Assembly (NCBI GenBank): GCA_963663035.1
Contig: OY760074.1
Coordinates: forward strand, 2,176,001 to 2,240,000
From: Acidobacteriota bacterium
GTDB lineage: Bacteria; Acidobacteriota; UBA6911; RPQK01; JADFOI01
Direction: 5' to 3'
Length of the DNA stretch: 64,000 bases
Shown here: piece after piece, positions 59,031-64,000 of the stretch
Position numbering within the stretch: the stretch's first letter is position 1
How the letters are laid out: the number at the start of each line of letters is the position of its first letter
Notes under the pieces: generated by a model
The model's database searches: none
The model's input: the letters and a program-made list of their open reading frames with translations, nothing else
What the model was told of the DNA's origin: nothing
Translations under genes and position numbers: made by a program

Positions 59031-60390
59031 TGGGGGAGAACAGGACCGAATCGTCGATTTCGTTTTCGGAGTGGGCAATGACAGCCGCTCCCATTGAATC
59101 GCTCCAAATATTGGTCATCGTCCTTGCCATATCCAAGATCCGGTCCACGCCCCAGATAAGCGAGGTGTACTCGATCGGCAGGTGGACAGCTTGCAGAATA
59201 ATGACCATCATCACCAGTCCCGCGTGAGGGATTCCGGCTGCCCCGATACTGACCGTCAGTGCAAGAAAGACAACGAGGATCTGGTTCCCCAGAGTCAGCT
59301 CGGGAAACTCCGGATGAGCGGCGGCATGGATCTGGGCGATGAACAGCACAGTCACGCATTCATAGAGGGCCGTTCCATCCATGTTCACCGTGGCACCCAA
59401 GGGCAGAACAAAGCTGGTGATGCGATCTGAGACCCCTGCCCCTTTGTTGGCCCGCTCCATGGTGACGGCCAGAGTGCCACTGCTGGAGGCGGTGGAGAAG
59501 CCGGTTAGCAGTGCAGGGCTCATGGCCCGCATGTAACGGTAAGGGTGGCGACGGGTAAGAAGCATGAGCAAGAGAGGAAGCGTCACCAGAAAATGGATCC
59601 CTAGAGCTGCGGCCACCGTCAGGACGTAGGGCAGGAGGCTGACAAAGATTTTCGGGCCACTGGTGGCAACCGTGCTAGCGATAAGAGCTGCCACTCCCAC
59701 GGGCGCCAGCGAGATGATGAATTGGGTCATCTTCATCATGACAGCGGCACCACCTTCAATGAAGGCCAACATCCCGGCCCGAGTCTCTTCCTCGATCAGC
59801 AACAAGAAAACCCCAAAGAGTACGGAAAAGAAAATAATGCCGAACATATCGAACGATGCCGCCGCTTCGACAACGTTGTCAGGAATCATGGACGCAATGA
59901 CATCCCAGAAGGAATCCGGCAGTTGTGCCTCTACTGGCTGGGTGGGTATCTGAATATCTGTCCCTCGCCCTGGACCGATAATATTCACCAGAGCCAAGCC
60001 GGTGATAATCGCGAGCAGACTGGTGCTGACATACCATGCGCCCGTCTTGATCCCAATCCGTCCCAGCCGTTTTCCTTCCTTCATCCCTACGATCCCCAAA
60101 ACAAGGGAGAAGAAAACAAGAGGAACAACAATCATCTTCAGGAGATTCATAAAGATAAGGGAAAGCCCTTCTAAACCCGCTCCGATGGGGGTCGCCACAA
60201 CCCTCCGTTTCAGCTCTTCATTGATACTTTGGGCCTTCTCCTGGAGCTGTTGGGGAGTTGCTTGAGAGTAGTCAGAGCCGAGTACCGTTTCTCGAGCCTC
60301 GTCAATGTATGCGTTGTTGATCAAAGTACCCGTGATCACACCAACCGCAATCCCCAACAAGATCCACCAGTGAAGCTTCATTTTTCCCAT
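59020..60390 (-). CDS. dicarboxylate/amino acid:cation symporter (GltP/DAACS family)
   Basis: LLKMIVVPLVF, FSTASSSGTL, LPLGATVNMDGT, GAAGIP, DRILDMARTMTN; ATG 60390 preferred because the longer ORF start lies in the repeat. Confidence 0.93.
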   Translation of the reverse strand: MGKMKLHWWILLGIAVGVITGTLINNAYIDEARETVLGSDYSQATPQQLQEKAQSINEELKRRVVATPIGAGLEGLSLIFMNLLKMIVVPLVFFSLVLGIVGMKEGKRLGRIGIKTGAWYVSTSLLAIITGLALVNIIGPGRGTDIQIPTQPVEAQLPDSFWDVIASMIPDNVVEAAASFDMFGIIFFSVLFGVFLLLIEEETRAGMLAFIEGGAAVMMKMTQFIISLAPVGVAALIASTVATSGPKIFVSLLPYVLTVAAALGIHFLVTLPLLLMLLTRRHPYRYMRAMSPALLTGFSTASSSGTLAVTMERANKGAGVSDRITSFVLPLGATVNMDGTALYECVTVLFIAQIHAAAHPEFPELTLGNQILVVFLALTVSIGAAGIPHAGLVMMVIILQAVHLPIEYTSLIWGVDRILDMARTMTNIWSDSMGAAVIAHSENEIDDSVLFSPKPG

Positions 60391-60402
60391 AACGTTGCCC
60401 CT

Positions 60403-60570
60403 AGCCCGCATTATGCATAGGTTTTCGTAGCGAAGTGGCGCAAGTGCCCCGCAGGCGTACTCGTGCAGTACGCCGAGGAGCGCAAGGGGTACCCGCTTTG
60501 CGGGTCGCACAACGCCGTCAGCGCGGATGATTGCAACACTGTAGCAGAAAATTTATGCATAATGCGAGCT
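60403..60570. mobile_element. MITE-like dispersed element, copy C
   Basis: 24-bp TIRs (21/24); its end overlaps the proS TAG. Confidence 0.83.
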
Positions 60571-62272
60571 AAATGGGGTAGGACTCCAGTAGTCGTGCAG
60601 CCTCAGTGACAGCTGCATCGGAAGGGATTTCCTGAAGGAGTCTTTCCTTTCTGGAAAACAGCTCGACGATCCCCTGGCTGAACTTATTCCCCACGGTGAT
60701 GCGCACGGGTATCCCGATCAGCTCAGCATCTTTGAATTTGACGCCAGGGCGCTCCTTGCGATCATCGAGCAGGCAGTCGATTCCTTGCTGGGTAAGCTCT
60801 TCATAGTACCTTTCCGCCGCCTGCCGCTGCTCGGAATCGTCAGGACGCAGCAGCGTAATGACGGCTTGGAAAGGAGCAATATTTCGGGGCCATACCATAC
60901 CCGCATCATCGTGGTAGCTCTCCACAGCGGCCACCATGACTCTCTCCAGGCCAATCCCGTAACTTCCCATGATCATCGGAAGGTTCTTGCCTTCGCGGGT
61001 GAGGACGGTCGCACCCATGGATTTGCTGTATTTGTCCCCCAGTTTAAAAATGTGACCGATCTCCAGAGCCTTTGCCACCTTCAGTGGTTGTCCGCAGCTC
61101 AGGCATAGATCCCCAAGCTCAACCTGCCGGAGGTTGTGATAAGCCGGCTTAAAATCCCTGCCAGGGGTCACCTTTTTCAAGTGATAATCGTCCTTGTTGG
61201 CACCGCACACCAAGTTTCGGCGCCCTTCGAGTGCCCGGTCGGCAAGGATGGGAACTTCTGCCAGCCCCACCGGGCCAAGACTTCCCGGATCGGCTCCGAA
61301 CACCTCTCGGATCTCCTCAGCGGTAGCAGGACGAAAGAGGTCTGTACCCAGAGCAGCCGCCAGTTGACCCTCTCCGAGCTGGTGATCGCCTCTGAGCAAA
61401 ATCAGATGCGGCTTATCTCCCGCGATATAGACCAGTGACTTGATCTGGTGTGTTGTTGGAATTTCGAGAAAATCAGAGACTTCCCGAATCGTTTTCTGTC
61501 CAGGCGTATGGATCTCCTCGGGAGAGGCGTCACCTTCCTCATCACTCACCTCAGAGATCCGGGCAGCAGCTCGCCTCAGGTTGGCTGCATATCCACACTG
61601 GCAGGTCACCACGACGTCTTCACCCGCATCACTCTCTACCATGAACTCCTCTGACGCACTGCCGCCCATGGCTCCGGACTCGGCCTCAACGACAACATAC
61701 TCGAGCCCGCAGAGATCAAAGATGGCACGATAAGCCTGGCTGTGAAGGTTATAGCTGGCATCTAATCCTTCCGAGTCCAGATCGAAGCTGTACGAGTCCT
61801 TCATTGTGAACTGCCGGGTCCGCAAAAGACCGGACTTGGGTCGAGGTTCGTCTCTGAACTTGATCTGGATTTGATACCAGATCTGGGGAAGGTCCCGATA
61901 GGAACGAATCTCGTTGCGGGCAATGGCAGTGAATACTTCTTCATGGGTCATACCCAGGCACATCTCACGGTTCGTCCGGTCCTTCAGGCGAAACAGATTC
62001 TCACCCATATCTGTCCAGCGTCCCGTTTCCTTCCAAAGTTCAGCGGGATGCAGGGCGGGCAGATAGAATTCCTGTGCTCCGATGCGACCGAGCTCTTCTC
62101 GAATGATCTTCTCGATCTTCAAAAGGGTTCGCCGGGCCAGGGGCAGATAAGAGTAGATCCCTGCGCTCAATTGTCGGATATAGCCTGCTCGCAGCAACAG
62201 CTGGTGGGAAGGAGCTTCTGCCTCCGCAGGAACCTCTCTCAGCGTTGGAATGAAGAGCTTGGACCAGAGCAT
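60569..62272 (-). CDS. proS: proline--tRNA ligase with INS editing domain
   Basis: SHQLLLRAG, THEE, KFRDEPRP, MKDSYSF, EIGHIFKLG, MGSYGIG. Confidence 0.97.
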   Translation of the reverse strand: MLWSKLFIPTLREVPAEAEAPSHQLLLRAGYIRQLSAGIYSYLPLARRTLLKIEKIIREELGRIGAQEFYLPALHPAELWKETGRWTDMGENLFRLKDRTNREMCLGMTHEEVFTAIARNEIRSYRDLPQIWYQIQIKFRDEPRPKSGLLRTRQFTMKDSYSFDLDSEGLDASYNLHSQAYRAIFDLCGLEYVVVEAESGAMGGSASEEFMVESDAGEDVVVTCQCGYAANLRRAAARISEVSDEEGDASPEEIHTPGQKTIREVSDFLEIPTTHQIKSLVYIAGDKPHLILLRGDHQLGEGQLAAALGTDLFRPATAEEIREVFGADPGSLGPVGLAEVPILADRALEGRRNLVCGANKDDYHLKKVTPGRDFKPAYHNLRQVELGDLCLSCGQPLKVAKALEIGHIFKLGDKYSKSMGATVLTREGKNLPMIMGSYGIGLERVMVAAVESYHDDAGMVWPRNIAPFQAVITLLRPDDSEQRQAAERYYEELTQQGIDCLLDDRKERPGVKFKDAELIGIPVRITVGNKFSQGIVELFSRKERLLQEIPSDAAVTEAARLLESYPI

Positions 62273-62377
62273 CAGGGGCTACTCTTATCCGTTTGACCCG
62301 ATTGAGTCAAGTGGGCTACGATGCAACAGCAACGACCGAAAACAGTTTTCCTCACTCGAAGAAAGGGCTGACCAACG

Positions 62378-63640
62378 GTGAAAAAACCGCTACACCAAGT
62401 CGATCGGGAAATTGCTGACGCCATCCTCCTGGAAACCCGGCGGCAGACGGAGACACTCGAACTAATCGCCTCAGAAAACTTTGTCAGTGAAGCCGTACTG
62501 GAGGCCATGGGCTCAATCTTTACCAACAAATATGCTGAAGGCTATCCAGGCCGCCGCTACTACGGAGGCTGTCAGAACGTCGATATCGTTGAGAGTCTGG
62601 CCATTGAGCGTGCCAAGAAGCTCTTTGGTGCTGAGCACGCCAACGTCCAACCCCACTCCGGAAGTCAGGCCAATATGGCCGTCTACATGGCGGTCTTAGA
62701 GCCTGGCGATAAGATTTTGGGGATGAAGCTGTCCCATGGCGGACACCTCACCCACGGTCACCCTTTGAACTTCTCGGGGCAACTCTATGAGGTGGTGGGC
62801 TACGGTGTGGACCCAGAAAGTGAGCAAATCGACTACGACGCGCTTGAAGACATCGCCAAGCGGGAAAAACCCAAAATGATCATCTGTGGAGCCAGTGCTT
62901 ACAGCCGCCTGATCCACTTTGACCGCCTTTCTGAAATCGCCCAGAGGGTGGGCGCCTATCTGATGGCGGACATCGCTCACATAGCGGGCATGGTGGCCAC
63001 TGGTCTGCATCCCAGTCCTGTTCCCTATGCCGATTTCGTGACAACCACCACCCACAAGACCTTGAGAGGACCGCGTGGGGGCATGATTCTGTGCAAGGAA
63101 GAGCACCAGAAAGCCATCGACAAAATGGTCTTACCGGGAATTCAGGGCGGCCCACTGGTTCACATCATCGCCGCCAAAGCCGTCTGCTTGACAGAAGCGA
63201 TGTCCCAGGCTTTCAAAAGTTATCAAGAACAAATTATCAGCAATGCCCAGGCATTGGCTCAAGCGATCACAGAACAGGGGTTTCGAATTATTTCCGGGGG
63301 AACCGACAATCATCTCTTTTTGGTGGACGTCATCTCTCAGGGAATCACTGGAAAGCAAGCGGAGGAAGCTCTGGAAAAAGCGGCCATCACAGTCAACAAA
63401 AACGGCATCCCTTTTGACACCCATCCCCCTCTCGTCACCAGTGGAATCCGGGTGGGAACTCCAGCCGTGACGACACGCGAGATGAAAGAAGAAGAGATGT
63501 CGAAAATCGGAGAGTTGCTCAGCAGAGTCCTCAAGAACATCGACAGCCAGGAGGTCCAGCAAGAGGTCGAACAGGAAGTGAAGGCGCTGACCAATCATTT
63601 TCCACTCTACGCACAGCGATTAGAAGTTAGTGTCAGGTAA
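62378..63640 (+). CDS. glyA: serine hydroxymethyltransferase
   Basis: [40 protein letters not shown]. Confidence 0.98.
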   Translation: MKKPLHQVDREIADAILLETRRQTETLELIASENFVSEAVLEAMGSIFTNKYAEGYPGRRYYGGCQNVDIVESLAIERAKKLFGAEHANVQPHSGSQANMAVYMAVLEPGDKILGMKLSHGGHLTHGHPLNFSGQLYEVVGYGVDPESEQIDYDALEDIAKREKPKMIICGASAYSRLIHFDRLSEIAQRVGAYLMADIAHIAGMVATGLHPSPVPYADFVTTTTHKTLRGPRGGMILCKEEHQKAIDKMVLPGIQGGPLVHIIAAKAVCLTEAMSQAFKSYQEQIISNAQALAQAITEQGFRIISGGTDNHLFLVDVISQGITGKQAEEALEKAAITVNKNGIPFDTHPPLVTSGIRVGTPAVTTREMKEEEMSKIGELLSRVLKNIDSQEVQQEVEQEVKALTNHFPLYAQRLEVSVR

Positions 63641-64000
63641 TCGTAGGGACGGACTCACCCTCGAGGAGATATTCAAACCTGGCGGCATTCTCGAACGCCG
63701 CTTCCCTTCCTATGAGAATCGACCCTCCCAGCGTGTCATAGCCGAGGCTGTGCTGGATGCCATTCGCAATCGCTATCCTCTGTGTGTCGAAGCCGGAACA
63801 GGAACCGGTAAGACACTGGCTTACCTGATTCCGTCTCTTTTTAGCAACCAGCGCGTGATCGTTTCGACAGCCACCAAGAATCTGCAGGACCAACTTTTCT
63901 CTAAAGATATCCCCTTTATCCGCGAACACCTCTTTCCCAGCTTGTCGGTAACCTACATGAAGGGGAGACAAAACTATCTCTGTTTACGAAAGCTCCAAGA
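63630..64000 (+). CDS. DinG/YoaA family ATP-dependent helicase (3' truncated; absent from the ORF track)
   Basis: Manual translation: YENRPSQ Q-motif, [33 protein letters not shown]. Confidence 0.9.
   Translation, partial: MSGNRRDGLTLEEIFKPGGILERRFPSYENRPSQRVIAEAVLDAIRNRYPLCVEAGTGTGKTLAYLIPSLFSNQRVIVSTATKNLQDQLFSKDIPFIREHLFPSLSVTYMKGRQNYLCLRKLQ

Noticed and set aside
60391-60510. N-terminal extension of the symporter in the ORF track
   Set aside because: Lies mostly inside repeat copy C; the family-like sequence starts at ATG 60390

Overview
A bacterial core-genome window, most consistent with Acidobacteriota: rpsF-rpsR-rplI without ssb, an aroD-aroE fusion, lpxC, and an amidase-GerMN-rph-rdgB cluster. 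Taxonomy is an inference. In order, it carries prs-rplY-pth-hppA, rpsF-rpsR-rplI-dnaB-alr, ispDF-suhB, uvrC, pgsA-aroDE-thrB-moeB, lpxC, an Ig/PKD-repeat OmpA lipoprotein, Lhr helicase, a GT9 gene followed by three tandem TMTC-like (GT-C plus TPR) genes, tyrS, a dcw cluster (mraZ to ftsZ, without murB and ddl), a dicarboxylate symporter, proS, glyA and a partial DinG-type helicase. No rRNA, tRNA, CRISPR array or transposase was seen. Four observations stand out. (1) In the TMTC-like array, copies 1 and 3 have a nearly identical membrane module but divergent TPR arrays. (2) A modular family of terminally paired MITE/REP-like elements brackets the symporter gene and rewrites gene ends. (3) Composite heptamer-repeat elements abut promoters, supply stop codons and encode part of a signal peptide. 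(4) A related GT-C gene carries multiple frameshifts.
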